Shown: positions 37,352 through 47,193 of the stretch, in pieces | Numbering within the stretch: the stretch's first letter is position 1 | Layout: every line of letters begins with the position of its first letter | Virus record (IMG/VR): IMGVR_UViG_3300047471_000190 | Source: an uncultured virus (IMG/VR IMGVR_UViG_3300047471_000190) | Taxonomy: Duplodnaviria > Heunggongvirae > Uroviricota > Caudoviricetes | Length of the DNA: 64,000 nt | Direction: 5' to 3' (one strand) | Translations under genes and position numbers: made by a program | The notes under the pieces: generated by a model | The model's input: only the letters and a program-made list of their open reading frames with translations | Told to the model about the DNA's origin: nothing | Database searches by the model: none

Positions 37352-39021
37352 CGACGTTGCCTACGCTTCATCGAAGCGGCCGCGGCGAGAAGACCGTCTG
37401 TAATTTTCATCGGCTTCCTCTCAACGCGCGCGAACAACATCATGATGGCGTCAGCAAGGTTCGGCGACTTCACGCCGTCGGGCTGCTTGTTGATCAGCAT
37501 CTTGCCGATCGTGCTTTGCCCATAGGTCGGCTGCGTCAGCTCGCCGATCAGCTTCGTGAAGTACGGCATGTTCGACGGGATGCAGATGATCTCGTCGTGG
37601 CTGCAGGGTTTGTTCTCTTTGACCAACCGATAGGTGTTGCGGAAGCGCGTCCGCAAATTCCACCATCCCTGTGCCTTGGCGTTCTGGTAGTAGTCCTTGT
37701 TCTTGCGGCCCTTGACGTCTTCGCCTTCAGGATCGAACGGCGACGCCGAACCGCGGAACGCAACGACATCGAGCTGCTGCAGCTTCTCCCGCTCGCGAGC
37801 CTCGTTCAGAATTCGGGCGTCGCCGCGGGCGCCGGCGCCAACCCCATCACCGTCGTACTTGAACCGCAGCACGCCGTTCTTGTCGGACATCGCAAATGCT
37901 TGCGCGACGCTATCGAAGATATCGCCATCAGCTGCACCGGACCATTCGCGCAAATCAGTCAGCAATACACCGTGCGCGGCAACGAAGGCGTTCAGATCCT
38001 TTCCTTGGTCGGCGATGTCGAGAGCACCATGCCGATCGCCGCTCGGTATCAAACCGATCTTATCGTGTGCGTCGACCGCCGCCATCACCCATGCATGCGG
38101 AATGACGACGCCCGTAACCGACGCATCGTAATTGATGTCGATCTCTTGCGCGATCACGACGGGGTCGTCGATGTCCTCGCACTGCTTCTGATACCAAGCC
38201 TCGTCTTTGCGCGGATCATCACGCCAATGCAGCGTGAACGCTTCGACCTTGCCGCTGTGTCGGCGTACCGAAAACGAATTGCCGCGGCCCTTCGGTGTCG
38301 AGATGTCCTGCCGACAATTGGTGGTTTGCGACAGCGCAAAGTCGACTGACTTCGGATTGACGAGATGCGAACTCTCGTCGACGAAATAGATTCCCTTTCG
38401 ATCGCCGCGGCCGATGTTGTCGCCGCTTTGTCCCGTCATGGTCGAGCCATTCGGAAACAGAATCCGCATGTGCGGCGCGTGGCGATTGATATCCCAGCCG
38501 CCTTTGAACTCCCGCGGCAGCTCCTGCATGAAGATGCGGGCTTTCCAGAACAGCGACTTCGGCTCGCCTAGCTTGTCGACGTAGTCCTCCGTCACTGACC
38601 CGTAGCCGATGTTCATGCCAGTGTGGAACAGGCACAACGTGCAGCCCAGCGCCACCTCGAGCCACGACAGCCCACCATCTCGCGACTTGTCGGTCACACC
38701 TGGTCGGCGCTCTTTCCATTTGCGTACGACGAACTTCAGCCAGTCGATCTGCTTCTCGAACATGACGAACGGCATCATCGGATCGGCGCCGATCTCAACG
38801 CGCCGCGGGTCGACCGTCACTCCCCAATCGCTGATGAAGTCCCAAGGGTTTTCTTTGTAGTGTTCGCGCAGGCCGGCGAGGAACGCCTCGCGTTCCCGCT
38901 TCGGCATCGAGCGGATCGATGTGAGCCGGTCGGCGCGCTGCTGCCAGATGGCGGCGTAGCCTGGCTCTGGGTTCTTCCAATCGAACGCCTGGATCTTGCG
39001 AGCGGCCGGACCTTTAGCCAC
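37348..39021 (-). CDS. terL: Terminase large subunit
   Basis: KSRDGGLSW Walker A, YFVDES Walker B, ISTP.G, nuclease LDIAD.G.D and SPNLADA. Confidence 0.95.
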   Translation of the reverse strand: MAKGPAARKIQAFDWKNPEPGYAAIWQQRADRLTSIRSMPKREREAFLAGLREHYKENPWDFISDWGVTVDPRRVEIGADPMMPFVMFEKQIDWLKFVVRKWKERRPGVTDKSRDGGLSWLEVALGCTLCLFHTGMNIGYGSVTEDYVDKLGEPKSLFWKARIFMQELPREFKGGWDINRHAPHMRILFPNGSTMTGQSGDNIGRGDRKGIYFVDESSHLVNPKSVDFALSQTTNCRQDISTPKGRGNSFSVRRHSGKVEAFTLHWRDDPRKDEAWYQKQCEDIDDPVVIAQEIDINYDASVTGVVIPHAWVMAAVDAHDKIGLIPSGDRHGALDIADQGKDLNAFVAAHGVLLTDLREWSGAADGDIFDSVAQAFAMSDKNGVLRFKYDGDGVGAGARGDARILNEAREREKLQQLDVVAFRGSASPFDPEGEDVKGRKNKDYYQNAKAQGWWNLRTRFRNTYRLVKENKPCSHDEIICIPSNMPYFTKLIGELTQPTYGQSTIGKMLINKQPDGVKSPNLADAIMMLFARVERKPMKITDGLLAAAASMKRRQRR

Positions 39022-39532
39022 CTGCAGCCTTCTTCTTCGCTACCGGCTTGCCTGAGATCAGCTGCGCCGCCGGCGAGATATCGATCACGTCCGAATCGCG
39101 CAACAGTCGATATGCCTCCTGCGGCGTCAAGCGGTTTGCTGCCGCATAGTCGCCCTGACTGCCGGCGAGGTTGTCGCCGATCGGCATCTCGGGCAGCTGG
39201 ATGGTCGCCTTGAACTTCGGCGATTGGAACGGCGCCAGCACGGCCGCGAAGTCTCCCGCCAGCTTGGCATACTCGACAAACTTCACCTCGTTCGGCTGTT
39301 GCCCGTTCATAGGCACAACGCCGTGCGGAAGCGGCTGGTGCTGCGCCGCCATTCCGAGGAACGTATGCATGAGGTCGTCGAGCACCTCACGGGCGAGCTT
39401 CCTGCCGGGCTTGCCGCGCTGTTCCTGCGCAATGCGCTGCGCGATCAGCGCGCGCTCGACGCTCGCCTTGTTCGGCGTTCCCTTCTGCCGGCCACCCTGG
39501 CGGACACCCTTCGGAGAACCCTTTCCCGCCAT
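39014..39532 (-). CDS. terS: Terminase small subunit
   Basis: GGRQKGTPNK, APFQSPK; overlaps the terL start. Confidence 0.8.
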   Translation of the reverse strand: MAGKGSPKGVRQGGRQKGTPNKASVERALIAQRIAQEQRGKPGRKLAREVLDDLMHTFLGMAAQHQPLPHGVVPMNGQQPNEVKFVEYAKLAGDFAAVLAPFQSPKFKATIQLPEMPIGDNLAGSQGDYAAANRLTPQEAYRLLRDSDVIDISPAAQLISGKPVAKKKAAGG

Positions 39533-39935
39533 CAGCCGAGCCCCGAACTAAAAAAGCGCATTTAGCGATCGAGCGGCCGGCGGCCCCGGCGCATATGGTG
39601 CCACGCCTGAACCTTGGGAAAGCGGCCTGCAAGCATGGGGGCTCTCCTGGCCTGGCGGGTATAGCGGGGGGCTCCGCCCCCGCCTCTGGCCCCGTTAGGG
39701 GGTCTTTAACGTCTTTGCGCCAATGTGCGCACGGCCACGATATGAATTTCAGCCGCCCGACCAACTGGTTCGGCGCCGATTGCCCAAATGGAGCACAAAA
39801 TATGCGCCGACTTATGCATAAGCCCTCTACATTCGACTTCTACGCGGTCGGGATACCCGCCGCGGGCCTGGTCGGTGCGCTCGCCGCCGTGGTGCTGCAA
39901 TGGCTCTGAGCTGCCCCTGCGGAGCCCGCCGGCTG

Positions 39936-40181
39936 CTATGCGGCTGCTGCCTCGCCGGATCCTGCACCTGCCTCGAGCACGCACCGGACCGCCATCTCGG
40001 CCGCGGCCTTCGCAACGTCCTCCCCGTCAGCCTGGCCCTCGAGCCGGCCGTCAACGTAAAGCCGCCATCGGCCGGTCGGCTGACCATCGGCGCCGAGGAC
40101 TTGGCGCACATACAGCTCAGCGGCACCGGCCTTCAAATATCCGCCCCGGGCCTTGCCATGCGTCGTGTCCCATAGCGACAT
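39936..40181 (-). CDS. Hypothetical protein
   Basis: GAGGT RBS; plausible small beta/alpha protein. Confidence 0.5.
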   Translation of the reverse strand: MSLWDTTHGKARGGYLKAGAAELYVRQVLGADGQPTGRWRLYVDGRLEGQADGEDVAKAAAEMAVRCVLEAGAGSGEAAAA

Positions 40182-40204
40182 GGCGCGACCTCAAACATTT
40201 GTTG

Positions 40205-40242
40205 TTGCATCGTCCCGAGAACTACTATACTATGAGTTTAGT
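40205..40242 (+). promoter_or_regulatory. sigma70-like promoter overlapped by 19-bp operator (copy 1)
   Basis: TTGCAT-N17-TACTAT; ACTATA-ctatg-AGTTTAGT at 40224-40242. Confidence 0.7.
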
Positions 40243-40282
40243 GGAGCCGGACGGCACCACGCTTTTACGGCCGGAGGCCAAA

Positions 40283-40525
40283 ATGAACTTCTCCCCGACC
40301 CAACTCAGAATCCTACGGCGCGCAGCCGGTCGCCAGACTGGCTATATCTGCCCCACCATTGAGATTCGCTTCGGTGCACAACGCATGGTGCTTCGAGCGC
40401 TGGAGCGCCGCTACCTGATCAAATGGTCGGTCGACTTCAATTTCGAACCAGTGCTGCCGGTCATTTCCGGCTGCGGCCGATTGATCGACATCGTCGCCAG
40501 CTTAGGAGCGCTCCACAATGATTGA
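40283..40525 (+). CDS. Small winged-helix-like protein
   Basis: GGAGG RBS; SPTQLRILR...LRALERRYLI...ISGCGR. Confidence 0.55.
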   Translation: MNFSPTQLRILRRAAGRQTGYICPTIEIRFGAQRMVLRALERRYLIKWSVDFNFEPVLPVISGCGRLIDIVASLGALHND

Positions 40526-40763
40526 TCCGGTCGAATACACGCGGCTAATTGCCGTGCTCGAAAATTCCAAATCGCTCCGCTCGATCGACATGACCGAAAA
40601 GCGAGTCGACGTTCTAATAGATGCCCTCACTGTCGCGAGTTCTGGCATCGTTGAAGCGCTGGAGCAGCTGCTGAACTACACCGGCGGATGGGACCTGAAA
40701 GAACCGAAACACCCAATCGTCATCGCGCGCAACGCGCTGGTTAAAGCACGAGAAGCACGCTGA
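40518..40763 (+). CDS. Hypothetical protein
   Basis: AGGAG RBS; EALEQLL...ARNAL.KAR helical motif common in phage early genes. Confidence 0.6.
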   Translation: MIDPVEYTRLIAVLENSKSLRSIDMTEKRVDVLIDALTVASSGIVEALEQLLNYTGGWDLKEPKHPIVIARNALVKAREAR

Positions 40764-40809
40764 CGTCTGACCTTCAAATAACCTTCGCAACAATTGTTGT
40801 AAATAACAG

Positions 40810-40850
40810 TTGATGATCGACACGGCTTACTATACCGTTAGTTTACTAAC
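40810..40850 (+). promoter_or_regulatory. Promoter/operator (copy 2)
   Basis: TTGATG-N17-TACCGT; ACTATA-ccgtt-AGTTTACT at 40829-40847; GGAGGAAGCC RBS follows. Confidence 0.7.
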
Positions 40851-41157
40851 CCCACATTGGAGGAAGCCATGGGTAAACCGGCCGGAGCAGTTAACCACGC
40901 CACTATTGAAATGTCCTATTCCACCTTCTTTTGGGTGCAGCTGCCCTTCAGCCTTGCCGGCGCCTTGGCGCTGCTATTCGTGGTCATCGTGCTGTGACCA
41001 AGCCAATCCCAATCAAACTTGAAACCGCTCCGCTTCAGATTCTGGAGGCGCTAGCTCTTTCGCTCGCTCGCGATATCGATGACGGCGCGGATGCCGAAAA
41101 ACTCCGTGGCGAACTCGAACGGATCATGTCGCTGGTCCCCAACGCGAAGGTGCAAGC

Positions 41158-41589
41158 ATGACCGCGCAAAAAATCACCGACGCTGGCGTGGCGCTGAAGT
41201 TCCTGCTTGCCGGGAAAGCGACGTTCACCGTGCGCAGCGAGAAGACCGGCGATCATCTGACTTATCAGGTGCGTGCCTGGAAAAAGGCGAAGCACGGCAC
41301 TATGCACTTCGTCAGCGTGCGCACCGGCAACGATTACGCCAAAATCGGCGTGGTGCGCGATGGCCATGACCTGAGCCTTGGCGGAAGCAAGTCCGATCTG
41401 GTTTACGACGATCCTCGCGTGCGCGGCTTTCGCTACGTCTTCGAGCATTTGCGCAGCGGCCATGTCCCGCCCAAAGCCGAGATTTGGCATGAGGGCGTTT
41501 GCGGACGCTGCAGCCGAGCGCTGACTGATCCGGAATCCATCGCACGCGGCATCGGTCCAGAGTGCATCAAGAAAATGGAGTGCATCTAA
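41158..41589 (+). CDS. DUF6011-like zinc-finger protein
   Basis: WHEG.CGRC.R.LTDPESI.RGIGPEC. Confidence 0.8.
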   Translation: MTAQKITDAGVALKFLLAGKATFTVRSEKTGDHLTYQVRAWKKAKHGTMHFVSVRTGNDYAKIGVVRDGHDLSLGGSKSDLVYDDPRVRGFRYVFEHLRSGHVPPKAEIWHEGVCGRCSRALTDPESIARGIGPECIKKMECI

Positions 41590-41837
41590 TGTCCATTACC
41601 AAGCCTGAACTATATCGGCTTACGCTGAACAGCGAAGCTGCTGTCAGAGCATTTGCGCGGCTGCTCGCGCGCCAGAAGCCTCCTCGAATGGGCGTCGGCA
41701 CCAGCCGACCTGATGGCAAATACGACGTTGGTATTTCCAGATCGCTGCTTGACCAGCTCCAAACGCATGCTCTGCCAAAAGAGAACCTGTCCGACACCCT
41801 ATTGCGGGTCGATGCTGCTGCAGAGGGAACGAGCTGA
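41589..41837 (+). CDS. Hypothetical protein
   Basis: TAATG coupling. Confidence 0.55.
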   Translation: MSITKPELYRLTLNSEAAVRAFARLLARQKPPRMGVGTSRPDGKYDVGISRSLLDQLQTHALPKENLSDTLLRVDAAAEGTS

Positions 41838-42259
41838 TGCCTGCTCCCCTTTGCCGCTATTGCGGCAAACCGATCAAGAAGGTGACTTGTACCATTTACG
41901 TTCGCGAGGGCGAGCGTCAACAGTACGAAACCGACAGCCTGTTCATTCGCTACATTTACCCGGTAGACCGACCGCGCTCATTGGCAGATTGCCAGAAGCT
42001 ATCTAAGGACCAAGTCGTGTCGATGCGCTACGGCAGAAAGTGGGACGGCGATGCCGAGCAGTCGACTGGCTTCGTGAGTATCTTCACGACATGGGACGGT
42101 AAGTCCTACACTGACGACTATTTCTGCAACGGAGAACACGCGCGCAACTTTGGCTATGTGTGTGCGAGGGAAGGCCGCTGCACTTCAGACTATAACGCTG
42201 CGCTCACCGTGCAGCGTCAACTCGCGGCCACGGCCGCAACACCAGGAGAAGACCGATGA
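41837..42259 (+). CDS. Hypothetical zinc-binding protein
   Basis: CRYCGKPI...YFC...H; TGATG coupling. Confidence 0.65.
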   Translation: MPAPLCRYCGKPIKKVTCTIYVREGERQQYETDSLFIRYIYPVDRPRSLADCQKLSKDQVVSMRYGRKWDGDAEQSTGFVSIFTTWDGKSYTDDYFCNGEHARNFGYVCAREGRCTSDYNAALTVQRQLAATAATPGEDR

Positions 42260-42474
42260 CGAAGACCATCGACCGAAAGACCGAAGTCGCCAATATGCTC
42301 CGGCGCAAGAACGGCGCCACCGTTGCGCAAATCTGCGAGAAGACCGGGATGCTGCCGCACAGCGCGCGCGCCTTGATCTCAGGAATCCGCGGAAGTGAAA
42401 CCGTGACCACGTCAAAGGACGGCAGCAAGCCTACCGTCTACAAGATCGCCGCCGTCGACGATAAGGCCGCATAG
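42256..42474 (+). CDS. DUF3489-like winged-helix protein
   Basis: K...ML.R..GATVAQI...TG..PHSARA.IS...VYKI. Confidence 0.75.
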   Translation: MTKTIDRKTEVANMLRRKNGATVAQICEKTGMLPHSARALISGIRGSETVTTSKDGSKPTVYKIAAVDDKAA

Positions 42475-42501
42475 CCCCGGAGGCCTGACGGTATGGCGAG
42501 G

Positions 42502-42533
42502 AGCCCGGGACCATTGCAGGTCCCGGGCTTTTT
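42502..42533 (+). terminator. Rho-independent terminator closing the plus-strand island
   Basis: AGCCCGGGACC-attgca-GGTCCCGGGCT followed by TTTT. Confidence 0.85.
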
Positions 42534-42676
42534 CACGGGCGCTCGCGTCTAGCGTTCCCCGTCCTCTAAGACCGTGCGCGCGGTCCTGTCGCCTACTACC
42601 GGATTGTTTTACACCTTCATCGAGCCGGTCGACGCTTCATATGGCCCGATATTCAAAACCGGATTCGCTACGGCAT

Positions 42677-43954
42677 TCATGCCGCCTTGCGGCTTCGTTC
42701 TTTCTCGACTTGCGCGAACGTCTTCTTCGTTCCCTGCAGCGTGGCTACTTTGCCGGAAAACTTTTCCCATCGCCGAACCGACATATCGGCATAGGCAGGG
42801 TTCAGCTCGATCGCGCGCACCGCGCGCCCCAGGCCCTCGGCCGAGATGATGGTGGTGCCGCTGCCGCAGTAGGGCTCGAACACCAGGTCGCCGGCGATGG
42901 TGTAGAGACGCATGAGGCGATCGATCAGCTCTACAGGCTTCGCCCATGGCACCGGCCGCTCCCAATGCCCTGTCGAGAACAGCTTCGAATAATCCGCGTG
43001 CTCAAGTCCGGACTTCGGCGCGATCTTCCCCATGAGGACGATATAGTCCAGGTCGCTCATGAGATGGTTGTTGTGGTTCGGCACGGCCGCGGCCCGATGC
43101 AATACCGCGACGTCCCAGGTCAGCTTTTTATCGCGCGCCAGATCGAGGTAATCCGGCAGCAGCTCTTTCGAAGTGAAGATGATGTTCGTATCGCGCAGGC
43201 CGCAAAGATCGGCTACCTCGAACTCGTGCACATTGTCGCGCTTCATTTTCGCGCTGTGCGTCATATCGCTATAGAGGCCGCCGCCGACCGTGTCTGCGCG
43301 ATATGGCGGATCCGTCAGCATCATCTTTACGTCATCGCCGGCGAGCAGTGCGTTGACAGATTTTCCATTCGAGGAATCGCCGCAGAGCAATCGATGCGAG
43401 CCGAGAAGCCAAATATCACCACGCTTTGAGATCGCCGGCGCCAGGTCCGGGATGTCGTTCGGCGCCGCGCCGCCGGCAGCCGGGCCACCGCCGATGAACG
43501 TAGCCAGGTGTACGTTGTCGAAGCCGGTCAGATGCAACGGATAGTCGACCTTTGCGAGCTGCGTCAGTCCGATGCGCAGCAGCGACTGGTCGAAGCCCGT
43601 CATTGCCGGCAATGCATTGTCGCTGATGACGATCGCCCATTTGTCATCGGCCGACAGGCCAGCGCGAACGATCGTCGGAAGCTGGATGCCGAGCTTCACC
43701 GCGGCGAGCCGGCGCCCGTGTCCCTTCAATGCTGTGTCGGTTTCGTCGATCAACACCGGCTGGTCGAATCCGAACGCCGCGATGTTGGCCGCGATCGCGT
43801 CTATCTGTTCGGGCGTGTGAATCTTCGGATTGTTCGGGAACGGTTTAATCTCGTTCGGGTCCCGCAGCACGATCTCACTCGCCAGAAACGCAGCAACAAG
43901 CCCCGCTTTCTTTGCGGGGACTTTTCGGCCGGTCCTAGTCTGGCGGGGGGTCAT
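42677..43954 (-). CDS. ParB-N domain fused to N4/N6 DNA methyltransferase
   Basis: NPK.H..EQI..IA..I..FGF, GHGR; HRLLCGDS, TDPPY, KPV.L, FEPYCGSGTT. Confidence 0.9.
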   Translation of the reverse strand: MTPRQTRTGRKVPAKKAGLVAAFLASEIVLRDPNEIKPFPNNPKIHTPEQIDAIAANIAAFGFDQPVLIDETDTALKGHGRRLAAVKLGIQLPTIVRAGLSADDKWAIVISDNALPAMTGFDQSLLRIGLTQLAKVDYPLHLTGFDNVHLATFIGGGPAAGGAAPNDIPDLAPAISKRGDIWLLGSHRLLCGDSSNGKSVNALLAGDDVKMMLTDPPYRADTVGGGLYSDMTHSAKMKRDNVHEFEVADLCGLRDTNIIFTSKELLPDYLDLARDKKLTWDVAVLHRAAAVPNHNNHLMSDLDYIVLMGKIAPKSGLEHADYSKLFSTGHWERPVPWAKPVELIDRLMRLYTIAGDLVFEPYCGSGTTIISAEGLGRAVRAIELNPAYADMSVRRWEKFSGKVATLQGTKKTFAQVEKERSRKAA

Positions 43955-44361
43955 GAATTGGCGGCTTGCGGCCGCAATCTGTTTTCGTCGGCGCGCGAAC
44001 CCTTAACATCGCGTCGCTTGCTCATCAAGCCGACTTTTTCGGCCCACTCGGCCAGGCGCCGGCGGATCTTGCGAACGAAGATGCTGTCCGCACGGTTGTC
44101 ACTCTCCGCGACATCGTGTCGATCGCGCAGGTGCTGCACCATCCACTCGGTAGCCAGGCCGGCCAAGTCCTTCAGCATCAAGCCGTCGGTCTCCTCGCGC
44201 TCGAGCCGCTCCTCGATCCTGGTGCAGCGGATGCCCAAGGTCTTCGCGTCCGCGAAACCGCCCATGCGCTGCATCACGAAAATCTGAGACTGCAGGTCGC
44301 GCAGCTGCTGTTCCAGCTGCGCAATCCGCTCCTGGTCGGTCGGCTTCTTGGCATCAGCCAT
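43951..44361 (-). CDS. Hypothetical protein
   Basis: MADAKKPTDQ start; ATGA coupling to the ParB-MTase. Confidence 0.6.
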   Translation of the reverse strand: MADAKKPTDQERIAQLEQQLRDLQSQIFVMQRMGGFADAKTLGIRCTRIEERLEREETDGLMLKDLAGLATEWMVQHLRDRHDVAESDNRADSIFVRKIRRRLAEWAEKVGLMSKRRDVKGSRADENRLRPQAANS

Positions 44362-44498
44362 CGGGTTCCCTGCTACGTGAAAAACCCGACCCCTTGTCGA
44401 GGCCGGGTTCCCGGGTGGACGAAATACCCCTTTCGGGGCTCGCCCGCGCAATGGGCGTCACAGTTTGTCATTTCGTCAAGCGGGGCAGCGATACGAAA

Positions 44499-44541
44499 AC
44501 CGGGTACGCGACCGGGTACGCGGAGGCGAAACGGGTACGCG
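44499..44541. repeat. GGGTACGC direct repeats, cluster A
   Basis: ACCGGGTACGCGACCGGGTACGC plus a third copy at 44533-44540; intergenic. Confidence 0.75.
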
Positions 44542-44672
44542 GACCATTAAAATATGATGCAAAACCATATATTTAGGTTTTTCCACCCGATTTGTAAGGA
44601 AATCTTGTTGCACTTGGGGATAGAGCCATTCCAGAGGGCCGATCGCCAGGCCAGCGCGGGCCCGTGGTGCGT

Positions 44673-45125
44673 CTATTCCGAATCCCCGGCCTGTCGCTGC
44701 TGCACGAGGTCGGACCCTGTCAGGCGCCGCCCCCACGCGTGCGCCCGGAGCGCCAGCGTTGCCGTGTGCTCGTCGCCGGTCAGCCCCCATAGCACCAAAG
44801 CGAGCAGGAAGTGGTCGATGCCGAACCGGGCCCAAAAAGCCGCCTCGTTCTCGGCATGCTGCTGGTCATGGTGTGGCCGGCAGCCCGGGAGGATCCAGCG
44901 ATCGTCCGACGTCTGCGCGCCGCCGGCACCTTCCTTGCCGTGCATAATGGAGCCACCGCGAATGTGCATAGGATCGTCGGCCTGCACCACGGCGCCGCCG
45001 ACCAGGCAGCAGACACACGGGAGCGCCTTGATGAATCGGCGATGGCTGACGACTTCCACCCGCGGTGTCTTGAACGGCTTCAGGCGAGAGCCCCAACCGC
45101 CCTCGGGAACTATCCGACCTGCCAT
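44673..45125 (-). CDS. DUF968/HNH-like zinc protein
   Basis: H..FI..LPC.CC, DP.H, DD.W..P.CR.HH..QH. Confidence 0.75.
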   Translation of the reverse strand: MAGRIVPEGGWGSRLKPFKTPRVEVVSHRRFIKALPCVCCLVGGAVVQADDPMHIRGGSIMHGKEGAGGAQTSDDRWILPGCRPHHDQQHAENEAAFWARFGIDHFLLALVLWGLTGDEHTATLALRAHAWGRRLTGSDLVQQRQAGDSE

Positions 45126-45508
45126 GCCGGCTCCTCGTCCTTGTCGATGCTTTCCAGAACGCGTTGCACGTCGATCGGACAGCTCGGATGTCGATAGAGT
45201 TTGAGGAGCCGGTTCTTCATGCGCGCGTTAAGTTCCATCGAGTTTTGCAGCTGCTTGGCGATCCCTCTCTCGACTCGAGCCTCTCGGCTGTCGGCCGGGA
45301 ACCAACCGTGAATGTCAGCGACCGCGAAGGTGCGCTCGGCCTCCTTGCCAATGTCGAAGGCGTTCAGCAGCCACTGCTCCTTCGCGTGCCATTGGCTCAC
45401 GCCGAAGAAGATGCCGCACAAGTCGGGGACAATCGTTCGCTGTTGCCGCACGCCGGCGTGGTTCGTGTAGTCGATCAATACGTGCCTGCTTGCAATTCTA
45501 TCGTTCAT
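45110..45508 (-). CDS. Standalone WYL-domain protein
   Basis: IDYTNH.G....RTI.P...W.L.AFD..K...RTFA..DI. Confidence 0.8.
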   Translation of the reverse strand: MNDRIASRHVLIDYTNHAGVRQQRTIVPDLCGIFFGVSQWHAKEQWLLNAFDIGKEAERTFAVADIHGWFPADSREARVERGIAKQLQNSMELNARMKNRLLKLYRHPSCPIDVQRVLESIDKDEEPAWQVG

Positions 45509-46335
45509 GTCGGAGCCTTTCCGTCCTTGATGAGACCAGCAACGATGAGCTGGATTGCCTCTTTGCGGTCCCGGTAAAATACTTGTCGATGCACGCCGAT
45601 GTCTGCACACTTCTTCCCGATCTTCGCACCCCATGCTTTCCACATGGCGCCGAGATTGACGAAGCCGGCAAGATCCGGATGCTCATGCCGCAGATACGCC
45701 AGCGACCAGGTCAGCGCCTCCTCGGCGCGTCGAACTTCCTCGATCGACGGCGTTCCCTTAAAGCGATGTGCGATTGCGTTGCGCAGCGATTTGTTTCCCG
45801 CCTGAGCGACCAGGTCCGACATCTGCTTGATCGGCACCGGCATTGCATTCCCAAACTCGCGCGGAAAGACCCCTCCGACGCTCGATCGAAACAAAGTCCG
45901 GAAGGCCTCCTCGAGCCGGGCCTCAACCAGCTCGTCCGTCCACTTCTCGCCCATCACGCTCGCGCGCTGCTCGCGCTCCTGCTCGCGCTCGGCACGCCGG
46001 CGTAGCAGCACGCCTGGATCGATTGCCACAGAGTCGCCAGCGAACGATACATGCTGATTGGCCTCGGCGCGTAGCGCCACCATCTTTTCGTCGATATTAC
46101 CGATCGGCACTTTCAGGTCGTCGGGCAACGGAGCCATGACATCTTCATGGTCGAGTTCGGCGTTCTGTCCCGTGGCGGAATCGATCGGCCAGGCGCGGCC
46201 ATCCTGCAATCGATGCTTTTGTCGTTTGCGGAATTTTCCGAGAGCCTTCATCTCGGCGGCGAGTTCAAGCCGACGTCGCTTGCGATCTTCAAGAATTGCC
46301 TTCATGTGATCGTCCACCTTGTTCAATCCCTGCAT
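45505..46335 (-). CDS. DUF6362-like protein, possible late transcription regulator
   Basis: WT.ELVEARLEEA..TL, EAL.W, C-terminal HTH-like segment. Confidence 0.55.
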   Translation of the reverse strand: MQGLNKVDDHMKAILEDRKRRRLELAAEMKALGKFRKRQKHRLQDGRAWPIDSATGQNAELDHEDVMAPLPDDLKVPIGNIDEKMVALRAEANQHVSFAGDSVAIDPGVLLRRRAEREQEREQRASVMGEKWTDELVEARLEEAFRTLFRSSVGGVFPREFGNAMPVPIKQMSDLVAQAGNKSLRNAIAHRFKGTPSIEEVRRAEEALTWSLAYLRHEHPDLAGFVNLGAMWKAWGAKIGKKCADIGVHRQVFYRDRKEAIQLIVAGLIKDGKAPT

Positions 46336-46344
46336 TTTCGCATT

Positions 46345-47184
46345 TCACTTCGGTAAGAACGTCACCGCGATATACCGGCTCAGTGGCTCCGGTATCTTGG
46401 CGATCATGGCGCTGGCCAGCTTGCGGGCCGGCGACTTCGATCCGAAGCTGGCCGATGTTCCGCCTTTGCCGCCCTTGCGCGCCTCGGCGAACCAGTCACC
46501 GCCCTGTTTCCGCCCATCAGGATTCCTTCCCTTCCCGCTGGTCGTGTTGTGCGCGACGTTGATGCCTTCAACCCCACAATCACGCGTCGTGAAGCGTGCG
46601 CCTTTGCCTAGATCGGTGCACCTGCCACCGTCGAGGCTTGCGACCTTCGAGCCCCTATTTTTGCTGTCCGCAATCGCAAACCATGATCCCGGCGGATGCG
46701 CGGTTCCATCGGGGTTTGACTTCTGAGCGCGAACGGTCGGCGGCATCAGCGCCGGCACATCGCCCCAGAGATAGAACGATCCGAAATTCCAGCGAGCTCT
46801 CCCAACCCATGGCTGGGCACCGCGGACATTCTCGACGATCAGCGGGATGTGGCGCTCGGCCGCCTCGCATGCCTCGCGCTGGATACGGAAGCACGCCTCG
46901 AACAGCTCATTGCATGGCGGCGGGAGGGCCTTGGCGCGCTTCCACGGCATCGCCCGGTAGCTGTAGCCTTGGCATGGCGGACTCGCTACGATCAGTGCCG
47001 CATCCTTGAACTGCGAGCCGTGCAGCGTGCGGACATCTTGGATCACGAGCTGACCCGGGTAACGGTGCTCGCCGTAGACGTGCTGCTCGATGTCGAAGCC
47101 GATCACGTCCCAGCCCTCGGCGAGAAGGCCGTCAGTCCAGCCGCCAAGGCCGCAGTACAGGTCTATTGCCAAGGGTCGTATCAT
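46345..47184 (-). CDS. C5-cytosine DNA methyltransferase
   Basis: IDLYCGLGG, ASPPCQ, ENV motifs. Confidence 0.85.
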   Translation of the reverse strand: MIRPLAIDLYCGLGGWTDGLLAEGWDVIGFDIEQHVYGEHRYPGQLVIQDVRTLHGSQFKDAALIVASPPCQGYSYRAMPWKRAKALPPPCNELFEACFRIQREACEAAERHIPLIVENVRGAQPWVGRARWNFGSFYLWGDVPALMPPTVRAQKSNPDGTAHPPGSWFAIADSKNRGSKVASLDGGRCTDLGKGARFTTRDCGVEGINVAHNTTSGKGRNPDGRKQGGDWFAEARKGGKGGTSASFGSKSPARKLASAMIAKIPEPLSRYIAVTFLPK

Positions 47185-47193
47185 TATTTTTTC

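Noticed and set aside
44499..44541. CRISPR-like array
   Set aside because: Repeats are 8-12 bp with no spacers and no cas genes
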